Origin: Amphiscolops sp. MND2022 | Taxonomy: Eukaryota | Length of the DNA: 64,000 nucleotides | NCBI GenBank assembly: GCA_964187785.1 | Contig: OZ076409.1 | Span: forward strand, 81,966,001-82,030,000 | Direction: 5' to 3' | In this document: piece after piece, positions 52,201 through 63,309 of the stretch | How the letters are laid out: each line of letters starts with the position of its first letter | Position numbering within the stretch: position 1 is the stretch's first letter | Made by a program: the position numbers and the translations under genes | Notes under the pieces: model-generated | What the model was told of the DNA's origin: nothing | Databases searched by the model: none | Seen by the model: the letters and a program-made list of their open reading frames with translations, nothing else

Positions 52201-55200
52201 ATTTGTAGTCCAAGATTTCAGTTCTTTTTAAAACGATGTTCTTGGTCTGCTATAAAATCGAAATAGTTTTCATTTTAACCAGTTTTTGTGCAATATATTT
52301 TGGATACAAGACCAGCTAACGGTTTTGTATTTTTTCATTTTCTCCTGTGCTTTGCAGCCAAGCGATTGTCTCTGTATCAAATCTTGGCACCCAACTCGTT
52401 CGATTACGTGGAAGGCTTTGTCGCCTCTCTTAACAAGAGTGTGAAGTCGTCAAATTACGAGCGACACATGGTTCAGTTCGAGTGGCACGACAAGTCCGTC
52501 AAGAACGTGCATGTAGACCCGACTCTGCTATACGACTACCAGAAACGTCTCGGCTCCACTGTCGTCCTCTTCGAGAAACGAATTGATTGGCTGTCCTCTG
52601 CCTCTCGGAAACTGTTCGGATCTATTGTAGAAAACAAGTTCGTTATTTTGTTTCGTTTTCTGTTAGAATGCAATTTGTATCGAGAAAAGTGCACACCGTT
52701 TTTTCGCAAATGGCTGTCAAAGGCGTGGGTATTCATGTGATTGTATATTCTTATTACCGAATAAGGTGAATCCGTTCTTTACAATGAACTTATAAATGGA
52801 GGTTTCAGGTTTCGCTCATTCCTGGATCTCATAGATACAACATTTGAACTTTCAGGGCCATCTATGTAAACACATGAATTAATGAACCAAATATATAACC
52901 CAACGGACTCTGGGATGCCCGTTTATGCCGAACTTTTTTCAACAAGGGTTATCAACGAGGCTTATAGTGAGATATCAACGAGGCTTATAAATTTTATGGA
53001 TCGTAGAAAAAATGAAATACCAACCATGAGTCACCAATGCAGATAAGGGCAATCCTCTGATTTTTGCATGTACAAGTGGAACCGGACAGTCAGCTGCAAA
53101 AGTTATAACCCGACTAGCAGCGAAAATAAACGAGAAAGGTTTTGAAAGTTACTCATGCAATCAGCTATCTAAAATGAGCTTCGCTTTTCCCAAGCTCTAC
53201 TCTCTGTCTAAGGGGCAGTAAATTGACCCAACGTCAACCAGTCACGGTAGAATCCTTATAAGTGCCATAGTCCACGAGAGAGGGCTGTCTCAACCTTCAA
53301 AAACCTTCGGGTGCAATCAATCATGTAGCCAAACCGTTTTAAACTATTTGATCAATTTGGATACCATAGATGAATTCTAATTCTAATGGAATATCCCCAG
53401 CGATCGAAGACACGCTACGCTTGCCAAGATCATGGTTAATCTTGCTAAATCATGGCTAACCATGGTATCCTTGTCAAGATTATGGCTAATCATGATACAT
53501 GGAACGCTTGTCAAGATCATGGCAAGATCTTGACAAGATAACCATGGTTTACCAAGATTCTTATCAAGGGTGTCATGTCAAAAATTCGATTAAAACCATT
53601 TTCAGTTAACGACTGTGGTCCCAAGTAGTTGGAAGGCCGTATTTGACCATGGGCACCAGGAATGATGAAAATTTTCTGACGATCGCTTCAATGGGGTCTA
53701 TCAGTTTTTCACCATTTGCATAGTCTAATTAATAACTGTGGCAAATTGTTTTTCATATGGTTTTGTTTAGAATCATCTTTTTGATTGACGTGTCGGAATT
53801 GAACAGAAATTACATCATTCACATCCAGCACGCATTTCGACAACTCCTTCAGGAGCAGTTATCCAACAAAGTCGCTTTCAACATCATAAAGTAAATTTTA
53901 CTCTCTCACTCGCATCTTGAATCCAGTTCATATAACAGTTTGTTTTTACATTTGTATGCTCATAAAGTCAAACCTTTTCTGAAAACAGTAAACAAATATC
54001 GATATCTCTGCTGATTTGGAAATGCTTGACTGTTCAACAAATTCAGTATCGTTTTTTTTTCAGCAAGAGCTAGTGTGGTTTACTAAGAACTTAAAAATTA
54101 TCTGAAATATCTATATAATTCTTAAATATACCATTTTCATTTGTCTTTTCGCTAATCGTAAATATCAGACTCATATTCAACTTATGTGGTTTATATCGGT
54201 TAGTAAATATTTTAGAAAAACTGGCCGTTGGAATGATTCAAAAATTCCGATTACATGGAAGTTTCAGCCAAACAAGTTATATTATTTTCTGTTTATTGTT
54301 TTGACCAACCAGTTGCCTCTGGTTTCACCCCTCTGAAGCCTTCGTAGTAATATATGTTCCATCTAATTCCACGTCCGTCTTTATCCCTTCATATGTCTAT
54401 ATATTCTTTGTTTTGATAGATATAGAATTCTTTATTGAATGCATTATTTTTTTGTGGTTTTGCAGGTATGGAAGCGAGACAGAAATGTGGCAGCCAAAAA
54501 TGATGCCTGCAACCAATAAGAATTTGCAGAGTGCATGGAAGTGGATTCTAGGTCTGGATTGTTCTGGAAGTAGGAATCTCTTGGGTGCTTTTAGAGCGGC
54601 TCTTGAGAACGAGGCTGACCGGAAAGAAGGTCAAACTGTGGATGCGTTGTATGTGTTCACGTCCGGACTTCCAGATCAGTTCAAGGTCAGTTGCTAGACA
54701 GTGACTGACAAATAACTGCATGTGAAGTTGTCGGTTTAAACGAAATGATCTCGTTCCTGAAATCAACACCTTATATAAATAATGCCAACAATATTTTGGA
54801 AGTAGTTTGATTCATGGTACAATATTGAGATCAATTATGTTAAGAGCTTCCTCTAGAAAAATTCTCATTACGAGACACATCCCGGTAAAATGGATTTCAG
54901 TCACGCAGCGTAATCTGTGAAATCCGTAAAATGGTCATTCAGCGTAAGTTAGTCAAGACAGTCTACTCGTGGAAGGTGTAGCTGAGTCAACGCGCTTAAT
55001 GGAAAATAGTGTAAACTAGTCGAGCCGCGTAGGTAGTGAAAAGTGGAAGTGGTCCAAAAATGCACTTTTCCGTAATTCAGTCAAACTTTGACTAACTTCC
55101 ACTTATCACAAGTATTGCGATCCGCAATTTGCAATAAGTGGAATTTTGTCAAAGTTTGACTGACTTACATCATGTTTAAATGCAAAATTAGTTTGGGTCG

Positions 55201-58200
55201 AAATTGCGGACGGTTGAAAATCCAATAGGTTGAAATTGTGAACGGTTGAAATGGCAGCGGTTGAGACTGCATAGGTTGAAAGTGTATAGGACGAAATGTA
55301 CAAGAGTTAAATGTAAATACTTACAAAGTGACAGTGAAATATACGTATGTACGTAAGAACTGTGTGTCGATCGATCGGTCACCAATTAATTGATCTGTCA
55401 AATTTTGGTCCCTGTCGTGAGCACTCTCATTAGCACTGTCAAATTACCAATTAATAGCACAACTATGTAATAAGAGTGATTAATAATTATATACTACTTA
55501 TGTAATAAAATTGACTGATTCATACTGTGTATGCGAATCAAACAGTGGAATTATAAATTGACCTGCGTAGTTAGCAGAATCACCCGTAATTATAAAATGC
55601 ACAGTGTAGGTAGTCAAATTGCGTAGAAACGATTTTTGGTGTAAACTAATCAACTACTGTAATTTGCGCTGATGTAAACTGATCAATTTACGAAGCTGTA
55701 TCACCTAGTGTAACGTCCTATTAATGCGTGTAATGTGTGACAAGTGTAGATCTTCCAAAAAATACTCGCGCTGTGATTGGACAAAAATCGAACTAGCAGG
55801 ATCCTACTAGTTCGTTACCGGTATTTGTCTCGTAATCCTAGCAAGTAATGAAGTCCTAGTTGACCCTCGGTAACTACCTAACGCCCGATATCTAATTAAA
55901 GCGACTGTTTTTCTTGACTAAACGTCAAATAAGTCTTGTCTTTTTTTCAGCACGTGTGTGTAGCGTATGCAGGCGAGGTCAAAGAAGCAATGGGAGTTAA
56001 GATCCATTGTCTGCTGTACAACATAGACGACAACACTATCGAGGGGCTGGTACCTGGCAGATATGGCAACATCAAGGACACGGCAGACTATCTCCGTGAG
56101 GTCGCCCATGCTACGGGGGGTAGGTTCCACTGGTTCAGGGAGACGGGCGTTGTGGAAAGTGACGACATCAAACTGCTTCTACATGAAATCGATAAGGCCG
56201 TCAACTTCTCAGAAAAGGTTATTTTTTATTTCTTTTGGGAAAATTGATTCGAAAAAATACTTTTCTGGAAGCAGCATACATTTTTATAGGAATTTTTACC
56301 TTGTTAAAATGGGTTATTGAAATTATTTTCAATACTTCAAGTTCTGCTTATTGTTAAACTTGTAATCAGAATCTTCACAATTTCACAACAAATATTATTA
56401 TATTTAAATACAGAGTGTGATGCTGATAGAAGCTTTGAGACGCAAGTATCCTCAGTTAGACGTGGTCCCCATGGAGCCCATAGAGTCATCTCAAACCCGC
56501 AAACCGATTGGACCCCCTAAAGAGACCAAAACCAGTCGGGCTCGTAAAAACCTAACACACTCTGGAGCGGCAGACCTCTCGTCTGGATCGAGAAGCAAAC
56601 CGTCCTGGAAGCCAGCGGCCAACGTCAACGGAACCCGTCATGGCATCATTCCCCCAACTTCTCTTTCTCAATCCTCCAATTTTGACCAGGGGTCTTTAGC
56701 TGGGAACCAGAAGTCAACGCCAAGTATGAAGAGGTCAAACTCTGTCAAGGCAAACAGAAGCAGTTTTTACACAGACGAGAAGTCGTCTAGAGGCGGTGAA
56801 CCTGATAAAGGTCATGTTTTTAGACAGTATTCAACAATCATGGACCAGAAGCCGCGAGTGAGGAAACAGATTAAGAAAGTTATCATTGCAGACATGGAAG
56901 AAAATTTGTCTTCCAAAGCAGTTAGTACTGAAAATACTTTTCTCTATGTTGCATGCGCTTGAAGCACTCAAAATGGATGCCTTTTGCTTTCCTGCCTGTA
57001 CGTTTCTTTCTTTGAGTATATTTTTAAACACTGAATTCCATAATTTTATGATAGAATTATCATGAAAGATAGAAGTGTACAAACATAAAATGAAAAAAAT
57101 TCAAATTTTATGCTAGGCGATGCAGACTTCTTCCCATATAGTGACTAGGATCTAAAATCCACCCAATTCAAGTCGTAATTGAGTGCTGGGTCCATCCTCA
57201 TTTTGAAGTGATACACCTCTTTCAATTTTGATTTGAATTGTTGAGGTTTTGATTCAAATTTCCTCTTATTCTTGGGTAGCGAGTTCCAAACAGAAACGAT
57301 GCGCTTTGAAACGGAAACTTTCATAATTTTTGAAACGGCGAAGAAGTTGAAAGACAAAAGGTTTGATCTGGGAGGCTCTTTTATCATTCTAAAATTAAGT
57401 TTCCAGAAGCATTGAATGATGGTAGGAGACTGTTTTAATCACTTTTGTTTCATGGGTCTTTTTGTTCCTGAAACGTATCTACATGCATGGATCTGTCATT
57501 TCAGTGGATCCGCAAATACGGTCTAGCCAAACTCCGTCTGGATTTGTACAAACTGGTCAGTGGCCCTGATTGCAACCACGACAAGGAAAGACTTCCGCCC
57601 TCTTTGGGAATGGGCGGGAAAACGATAGAAGCAGTTTACTGTAGAATATTCCCTTCAATCCAAATTGGGGGAGCCGTGAAGCATCTACAGTTGACCTTGA
57701 ACGAGCTGCGTGATTACCAAAGTGAACTAGAAAAGGCTCTGAAACGGTACCTGAAAAGAATGGTATGGCTACTGCAAGGTTGGCTAATCTGTGGATGAAC
57801 ATGTTTTTGAGATTTCAAACATACAAAAAGAACTCAAGCTGATGAAAAAAATATATCGATCTTTGTTACTAAAACCATTGAAGCTTCAGCAAAAAGTAGT
57901 GTCTTAGTATTAAGCAAATGAAAGAATGATAAAAACTGAAAAATTGAGGGTGAAACTTCAGTTACAAAATTTTGAATCAAAATTTGACTTAGTACTTAAA
58001 GTTGGATTTGTTACATGCTGCCCTTTTCCCGCAAGGCGGAAATTTTGTTGCCAGAAGTTTCGTCGTCAGAATTTTTGTCGTGAAAAATTTCCTCGTTTTA
58101 TAAAGAAACGCGGTGCCGAAAAGCTTCCTTAATGCTACCCGGGTCATTAAGGTACCCTGTAAGAGATTTGTTTACAGTTCTAATGTACTAAAATGTGACA

Positions 58201-59655
58201 CGTGCAAATTTCACGCCCAAACGATGAATTCGAATTTTTCACCTCTTGAATTTCTTGATAAGAATCTTGACAAGATTCTTGTCAAGAATTTCAACATTTT
58301 TAAGGGTCAAAGAATTATTCAAGATCTTATCAAGGGTTTCAAGAGGTAACGGGAATTTGCGGGAAAATCCCAGATCTTGGCAAGAGTTTCAAGATATTTT
58401 ACATTTGGTAGCAAATCCAGAAAATGAAATTTCTGACGATTAAATATCTGGTAATCTCTTTCAAGTGATTTTCCCTTGGTCCTTCCAACCAAATTTAACG
58501 ACTGTCATATTCTTACGCGTCCATAATCAACAATTTTCTTAGAGATTTGTTTTCCCAATGGTTTTAAATGTAATTTTTACCATGCATAATTGGAAATACT
58601 TTGCTTGGGGTAATTACGCTTGTTATAAACCATATTTAACAATATTGCATGTTAGTCACCCCTAACGCTTAGGGTCAAGACGAGTGTTTGGGGCAATCAT
58701 AGAGAAGAAGGTCGTCATTCTGATTGATTGCTCTGGGTCTATGGCTCTGCACCTGGACACCTTGAAACAACACCTGGTGTCCCTCATCTGGGACCAGCTC
58801 CAGAAATACAACATCAAGTGAGCTAACAACCAGAATGTATTTGCATCTTTAGAAAAAAATGCTAAAACAAAGAGAAATTTGCATAATGTCTCTTGACAGT
58901 AATCTAAAACTTTTTCATCTCCTCTTTTAAAAATAAAGTTATTTAATAAATCGATAGTTTTTATAAACAATCAATGACCTGACAAACTGCAGAATTGTGA
59001 TTCAATTCCATTTTTTGCGTCGAGTAATTTTGGGCGAGTTCGACGTGTGAGGTTCAGTGCCGAAAACACTCTGCAACGAGTTTATAAAAATATCGAATAG
59101 GGATAGTTTCCAAATTTTTTTATTGGAATTATATAGCTCTATAGATCAAGTAAATCTTTCAAAGAAACATTTTCAAAGAGGAGACCCTTTGGCCGATTTA
59201 GATGCTCTTTAGATTGTAGGCCGCCTACGATCTAAAGAGCATCCAAATCGGCCCAAAACTGGAACTGACCCAAAATGTTCTGGGAACATTTTGGGTCAGT
59301 TCGAGGGGATTGACAGACAAACTAGTGAAAAGACACGATAATAGTCGCGCTTTGTTTTATATATAGTGGATACAATATAGAGATAAATGCCTTTGATTAC
59401 AGATTCAATCTGATCGCATTTTCCGGAGGAGTGAAAACGTGGCGTCCGGTGGCACCCGAGAACAGTGTCGAGGGACTAGAGTTGCAGTCCATGTCTGACC
59501 TCTCAGTGAAGTCTCAACCTCAGCTCTCTAAGACGCAGAACAGCAACAACTGTTTCGGGTGTGCCGAACCCACCAACGAGAACTGCAATGACGCCGTCAT
59601 CTGGATTTCCAAGCTTAAAGCCGCACAAAATACCTGCACCCTCGATGCTCTCAAG
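37242..59655 (+). CDS. VWA3A: von Willebrand factor A domain-containing protein 3A-like, multi-exon, 3'-incomplete
   Basis: GT-AG exons join in frame: 37242-37285, 38503-38727, 40509(or 40491)-40698, 40991-41115, 41839-41922, 42003-42147, 42228-42346, 42738-42863, 50062-50236, 51027-51158, 51314-51452, 52358-52637, 53771-53890, 54466-54685, 55951-56217, 56414-56920, 57505-57778, 58673-58817, 59403-59655. Three repeats of WL..SRR.FG.I....V.ILID.S (third with the MIDAS-type DCSGS), plus QFEWHDKSVKNVHVDP and ATGGRFHWF, are typical of VWA3 proteins. The first three exons are less certain. Confidence 0.85.
42924..43145 (+). repeat. 5' LTR of the BEL/Pao element
   Basis: Identical by eye to 49820-50041. 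Confidence 0.95.
43151..43168 (+). other. Primer binding site, tRNA-His-like
   Basis: TGGTGCCGCGACCCGGGA, 5 nt after the LTR; resembles the complement of the tRNA-His 3' end (TGGTGCCGTGACTCGGA). Confidence 0.75.
43184..46252 (+). CDS. BEL/Pao polyprotein part 1: gag, aspartic protease, reverse transcriptase
   Basis: KLPKLDLPKFDG (DUF1759-type gag), three Cys/His knuckles (CPQC..H, CFNCL..GH...DC, CQKC...HH..LH), ALLDSGSQSS, YLPHHSV..TTKLRVVFD, FYVDD. Frameshifts at the A7 run near 46216-46222. Confidence 0.95.
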   Translation: MSQNLADLKKKRGYQFASITRSSKQVTPILELSTSDVTVDHLTTVKAVLESITEKTSLINTLNDEIIQQADENEIEAELELIDKKDFEFRKLKKQLEHIIDSFNQTQNEGSESNHSVGVSSHLKLPKLDLPKFDGNYQNWTPFFDLFNGSVDSNDGLPEFQKLHYLKSSLKGEPAKLLSHLPITSANYKVAVKLLKERYENKRLISRAHIDAILNFKPLNQESAEGIRSLVNCFVENTMALNELVKEEDQLSCFLVRVLSQKLDYPTRRQWELNSTGDEIQTMNQFKTFLEARANALEATGKSTRNSNQDKTSQEKPVQNYHSGIQSCPQCKASHKLFMCDHFKQLSITEKRDKVKILKVCFNCLRLGHQTKDCKSKNTCQKCQKKHHTMLHDDSIRKTSEKVQSNLSTKWGDSFCTLLPTAMVNVISSDNSIISCRALLDSGSQSSFITESCAQLLNLKRKKQMLHLTGIGDRKQRTPTASTQFQIKSTIDSNKIFNVRAFILPRLASTMPSVQNPERIVVPPEVSPLADTDYLNPREIDLILGADIFEDVVLDEKIKTSNGLYFRKTEFGWVASGQTSSRTNHPTQSYHVTSEFNLKNFWELEQIPTQSKLTKEEIACKEHFRATTTQDDNGRFIVKLPFKKESPKLGESLQQAQRRFFSLEKRLQSMPNTKTKYKEFIQEFRDLGHLELVPNADLEKPCDQVFYLPHHSVIKEDSTTTKLRVVFDGSAKSQSGISLNESLMVGSTIQPDLFSTLMRFRFHRVAISGDVAKMYRQVGLDTNDRDFHRILWRDNPTEPLQHLRMTRVTYGIASSAFHATRCLKQVAELCGETLFVSSIQNDFYVDDFLSGASSTAEAKLLLLGVSEELRKHGFELRKWTSSDPEITLDLPTHLRETAEKDKILDNDYQIKTLGVKWKPNLDVFTFEVLLLELTAYTKRTFLSDLSKLFDPLGWLAPIITRYKVLMQEIWTTGIQWDELLPPHIQDQWMTLREQLPSLNDLAIPRCLLSPGKKPKFPTSPFY
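46158..48035 (+). CDS. BEL/Pao polyprotein part 2: RNase H and integrase
   Basis: LHLFTDASESAYAA, PRLELCAA, WSDSTIVL, NPADLPSRG, H....HGG...CVKC, DFAGP, SDNATNF, GGLWES. Confidence 0.95.
   Translation: MNSYQASMTLLFPDVFCPLEKNQSFQLHLFTDASESAYAAAVYSRFVDENGVVTTRLLASKSRIAPIKQISLPRLELCAAHLGCKLIKIIEELLHLTKFQNYEVFAWSDSTIVLQWIAKPLRKWTTFVANRVAIIQDSISPDKWNHVPTTSNPADLPSRGMSPVDLKKSSLWWYGPSWLMKQHSEWPKLPLDTTEPPETRITKEVVSNTEAVSSLTGTNLSLDSIPLIDISRFSSLRRLLNTVCFILRIKQIFLKALHSDIRISKGSYSFAEIQTAKFLIVSQLQRIYFINEFTALSQRRPINCKSNLLNLNPFFDEEFKVIRVGGRLAQSYYSENKKFPVLLPPSGHFTILVIRHFHEGSLHGGGQITLNLMRQEYWCTSGKHQVNAVIKLCVKCQKFNLKPPYQVMADLPTERVTPCKPFSYTGLDFAGPIITIPDNKTYIAVFVCFSVKAVHLEIVGSLSKEACLSALKRFVSRRGVPRRIYSDNATNFIGARNDILKIQELLKTNMQDQHANSITDFGKDIGLEWVMNPPRTPHFGGLWESAIKRMKHHLRRTVGNQILSQEELSTYVTEIEAILNSRPLTPLSTSPNDLEPLTPAHFLIGEPLKTLPTYKNEKALNLTER
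48034..48369 (+). CDS. BEL/Pao polyprotein C-terminus (DUF5641-like), separated by a second frameshift
   Basis: RSFWKSWQRDYLVHLQIRKKW...GDMVVI.EDNQPPLVWKLGRI...RPVVKL. Confidence 0.85.
   Translation, partial: RLVKNLIRSFWKSWQRDYLVHLQIRKKWFKDGQRMIVGDMVVIAEDNQPPLVWKLGRIIESYDGNDEVNRVFKVKTATGYLIRPVVKLRKLVLDNSVPNPTLLESNISSDT
48930..49785 (-). pseudogene. JmjC/cupin-like Fe(II)/2-oxoglutarate oxygenase carried antisense inside the BEL/Pao element; two coding exons (49785-49439, 49356-48930), one in-frame TAA at 49073-49071
   Basis: The spliced frame is 257 codons: EPAIVKDF ... YLLFTGGTSFRPWHFD ... LLSGRKIWMF ... GAGETVYMP*GCGHSVAT. This matches the JmjC pattern HxD, GxKxW, GExxYxPxGxxHxV. Confidence 0.8.
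49808..49816 (+). other. Polypurine tract of the BEL/Pao element
   Basis: GGAGAGGAG, 3 nt before the 3' LTR. Confidence 0.8.
49820..50041 (+). repeat. 3' LTR of the BEL/Pao element
   Basis: Identical by eye to 42924-43145; followed by TSD CTTGT. Confidence 0.95.
52960..53240 (+). mobile_element. Degraded 3' fragment of a restriction-like-endonuclease non-LTR retrotransposon (CRE-like)
   Basis: Broken frames give EKMKYQ, FACTSG, RLAAKINEK..ESY, KMSFA and LCLRGS, which resemble the C-terminus of CRE-type ORFs. Confidence 0.45.
54871..55832. mobile_element. Non-autonomous DNA transposon with TIRs and TA flanks (Tc1/mariner-like)
   Basis: TA|CGAGACACATCCCGGTAA ... TTACCGGTATTTGTCTCG|TA; no transposase ORF inside. 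Confidence 0.65.
57145..57420 (-). mobile_element. 3' end fragment of a CR1/L2-like LINE ORF2
   Basis: RIVSVWNSLP...FKSKL is the conserved C-terminal signature of these ORFs. Confidence 0.65.
59191..59366. repeat. Two adjacent palindromes followed by a GACAGAC...TTTTATATATAG end; probably a rolling-circle-type non-autonomous element
   Basis: Hairpin 59191-59253 (GGCCGATTTAGATGCTCTTTAGAT...ATCTAAAGAGCATCCAAATCGGCC) and hairpin 59262-59302 (GAACTGACCCAAAATGTTC TGG GAACATTTTGGGTCAGTTC). Confidence 0.6.
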
Positions 59656-60139
59656 GTCTAGTCAAATTTTCGTCTTTCTCCAAAGTTTAGGATTTTTGAC
59701 AAATTTATTGAAATTGTGCAAATTGAAAAGTTTGAGAAGTTTATTTTCCCCAATAATACTTCGTTTCTATAGAAATCTAAAATTGCTACAGCAAAGCATT
59801 TTTCCCATGTCGCAACCCAGGAGTTGCGTGGGACCCGGTGTGCAACAATAATTGAAGGAAAACAGAGCGTCCCTCCCTACATCTCCTTTGAAAACTGTGA
59901 AACTTTCATTATGGAAAACTTTGCTTTGTTCATTTTCAATTCACCTTTTTTCCTCTTTTTGGAAGCCATGTAGATGATTTGTGTAATTTAAATTGAAAAG
60001 GGTCTATTTTTACAGAATAATGAGAACTCATAATTGCATAAAACCCAGGCCAGAGTAGAAAAACACGTGCTAATGAGCAATATATTACGTAACATTGGTT
60101 TTCATTAGGCCCAATTAGTCTAAATACCATTTTGTGCTG

Positions 60140-60325
60140 ATGACTATGCGGTACTATGCGGATCGAGCAGTACCGCATACTCGTCATTATGCGTTTTTGC
60201 CAATCTTATTATGCGGCATCCTACGGATCGAGGTTAGACGAATGCTCGTCATTATACGTTTTTCATAGAAACACTATGCGGTATCCTGCGGATCGCGTGG
60301 TGACGCATACTCGTCACTGTGCGGT
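60140..60325. repeat. Short degenerate tandem repeat (~3 units) with ATGCGG / ATACTCGTCA motifs
   Basis: The AT(A/G)CTCGTCA(T/C)T motif recurs near 60177, 60242 and 60307. Confidence 0.6.
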
Positions 60326-60699
60326 TCTAGCAGGACCTTCTATATAGAGTAGAAAGATGAAATAGTGCTAGTTGGAAACCATTACAAATGCAGTTTATAC
60401 TGTATTTCGAGTAATTTCCAGGGTTTCCTAGTTCTTTCCTTGAATATACTCTAAACGTGAAGTAATTTAGCTGATACTAAAAATAAAATGACGTTACCCT
60501 GACGTAATCCTATTTTTACCTTTTTTCCAATAATAACTATGGTAAAAAGGAGTGTCATGGTATTTTTGGAGCTATTTCATTTTGAAACTGAAGAAGAACA
60601 TTTATTCAAATCTCAACCGTCGACTAGTGCAGTTGTTCTTTCCAAACATCTGTAAACCTTTTGATAACTTCGTGATACTTCCAAATCTTGTTATTTTGA

Positions 60700-63309
60700 A
60701 TAAACAAGATAATTCAAATTCTTCCCCAAAAGCCAAAACCCATTTTCTACTCGAAGCAATATGTGAAATAGACGCAATAGACGTTCTAGAAGACTAGAAA
60801 CTCCTCCCCAGATAGAGAAGTAGAAGTAACTCAAATAGGGACGCCCATTACAGGTAATGAAACTTCAACTAATGTTAATACTGTAATTCAAGGAGATTTA
60901 GGTGGAAACAACTTAGAGAATCAATTCACTGAACCCAGTCAAATGAGCAACGAGATCCAAGTAAGGACCCAAATTATGGAACAAAAGAACAATGATAGAA
61001 TTGAAAAGATGAGAGAAGAAATGGAAAATAAACTCGAAATGATTCTAAAGGAAATAAAATCTAATAAAAGCGCATCAACCGTGACAAACCCAGGGTCGGA
61101 AACTAACGAAAACAGGGACCCACAACCATCGGGATCCAAAACAAATAGGTCTATAGGAGTTCACGCATCAAATAACGAAAACTCAGATTCTGAAAATGAC
61201 GATTATCCTCTCAGAGCTTCTAAAATGAAAGACTTAAGACATCCTGCAAGACCAATATTCCACAATGAATCAGATGTAGATGTAACTATAAACCCCGAAG
61301 ATGAATCCGATGCAGAAGAAGTAGAGGATTATCACAAGGTGACAGGAGCCAAATTTATGTCCTTCCAGATGAAGAAATTGACGAAAATCAATTATGGGAA
61401 GAAAAACAAAACAGTCGAAATCAAGCACGAACTGAAACCCACAACGAACCAGAAAACACTGTTTTTGAACTACAACAATTTCATAAGCCTACTTCAGGAT
61501 TGATCTCCTGCTCTTCAGGATACTTTAAGGATAATGCAAGAATCCGCCTTGAGCAGAATAACGACATAGTCCTTAGAAACCTAAGAGAAAAACTCGAGGG
61601 AAACCCATTTGATGAAAATGAATTAGCATCGGATTACAGATACCAGCACTACTTACAAAACATAACACGAATAGAGATAAAACAGGAAGTTCTCACACGC
61701 AAATACTACACAGACACAGGAAACATATCTCACTACCAAATTCTTTTACCAATCCAACTCCTAGAATTTCGTCAGGCCTTGCACGGTCATAATTCAAATC
61801 ACCCCGGAATCACCAAGATGATTCAAGATGCGCGTCAAAAATATTACTACCCATGTATGGCTAAATACATCAAAAATTGGGTCAGTAACTGTCAAGTTTG
61901 TATTCAAACGAAACGCATTAACAACGATCTCCTCAAAACCGAATTTTCTTAATTGCCCAGAATGGGATCTTGGCCCAGAAGACATACTGCAGTTGGATAT
62001 TTTACCAAACATTCCCCCAAGTGGAGGCTATGATCATATCATCACGGCAATTGATGTCTTCTCAAGATACTTGTTCGCCTATCCTGTAATTCGCATCACT
62101 GCAACAACGGTGTCAAGAGTTATCATGGATATACTCTGTAAGCATACCTACCTTCCAACAACGATAATCACGGACCTAGGCACTCAATTCAACGCACAAG
62201 TAATACACGAAGTCGCAGCAGTGCTAGGAATTGAACTTAAACACGCAACAATGAAACATGCCCAAACAATAGGTCTCCTCGAGAGAACCCATGCCTCAGT
62301 GAAAACACACCTAAAGGTTGCAACAGGTGAATTCAGGAATATTTGGCATAAATATCTCCCTTTGGCAGTCCTTAACCATAACACAACGTACCATGCATCG
62401 CTCGGTTGTGAACCTTCAAGAGTTTTCCATTGTAGAATACCGCATAACATCCTAGATTACAAACTTGGATATAACCCTAACCCACGATACCAACCACAGA
62501 CAGATGTGGCGGAAGAAATCCAAAAACGCATGAAAACCCTTTTAGATCAAACTAAGAAGAACATCATGCAATCTTATCTCAAATACAAAGCCTACTACGA
62601 TAGAAAAGCAAAAGCAGCTCCGCTCGAAACGACGGACTACTGTTACATTCTCAACCCAAAAGCTGATACTCAAGCGACAAAAATACCATTTCGAGAATTC
62701 AGATGGTGTGGTCCATATAAAGTAGAAAAAGTGCTTCTCAACAATAATTATATTGTCAGGAGACTTGGAACTAACAAAACACAACTACTACACAGGATCC
62801 GTCTGCGGAAATTCACTCCGCAAGCTCCATTAGCAGATATTTTTGTTCGTGAAACTGATTGGCAAAAAGATGACCAAATGCCTATAGCAAATGATGATCT
62901 ATATGCCCAATCATGGAACACAAATTTTGGGTCTAACCCGTTTGAAAATGGCCCTTCAGAATTTTCACAAGACACTGAAGATGCTGAATATACTCCGATT
63001 CAAATACCGAATGAAAACCACCCTCCCTCCCCAGGATCTTCAAAAAATAGTGGGGGGAGCCCAGTGGAACAGACCACTGAACCAAATGATACTCATGAGA
63101 ATGAAATTCCACAACACATCAGTGAAGATGATCAAAATACCCAAAAAACTCAAAAAGAATCAAATAATTCATCAGTTGACGACATTCAAAAACCCCCAGA
63201 AAACTCCCAAAATACTCCATTGCAAGAAAAACCCATAAATACACGTGGTGAAAAAAACACCTTACGTCCTAATCCCAACCCAAACTACTCTGATACAAAT
63301 AGATATTAA
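60700..63309 (+). mobile_element. Internally deleted Ty3/Gypsy element: gag-like N-terminus joined to integrase
   Basis: ORF 60943 (coiled-coil, acidic) runs into 61500-61952 (HGHNSNHPG...CQVC zinc finger) and 61828-63309 (LDIL, TDLGTQF, LLERTH, GPYKV). No RT or RNase H core is seen between them. Confidence 0.85.
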
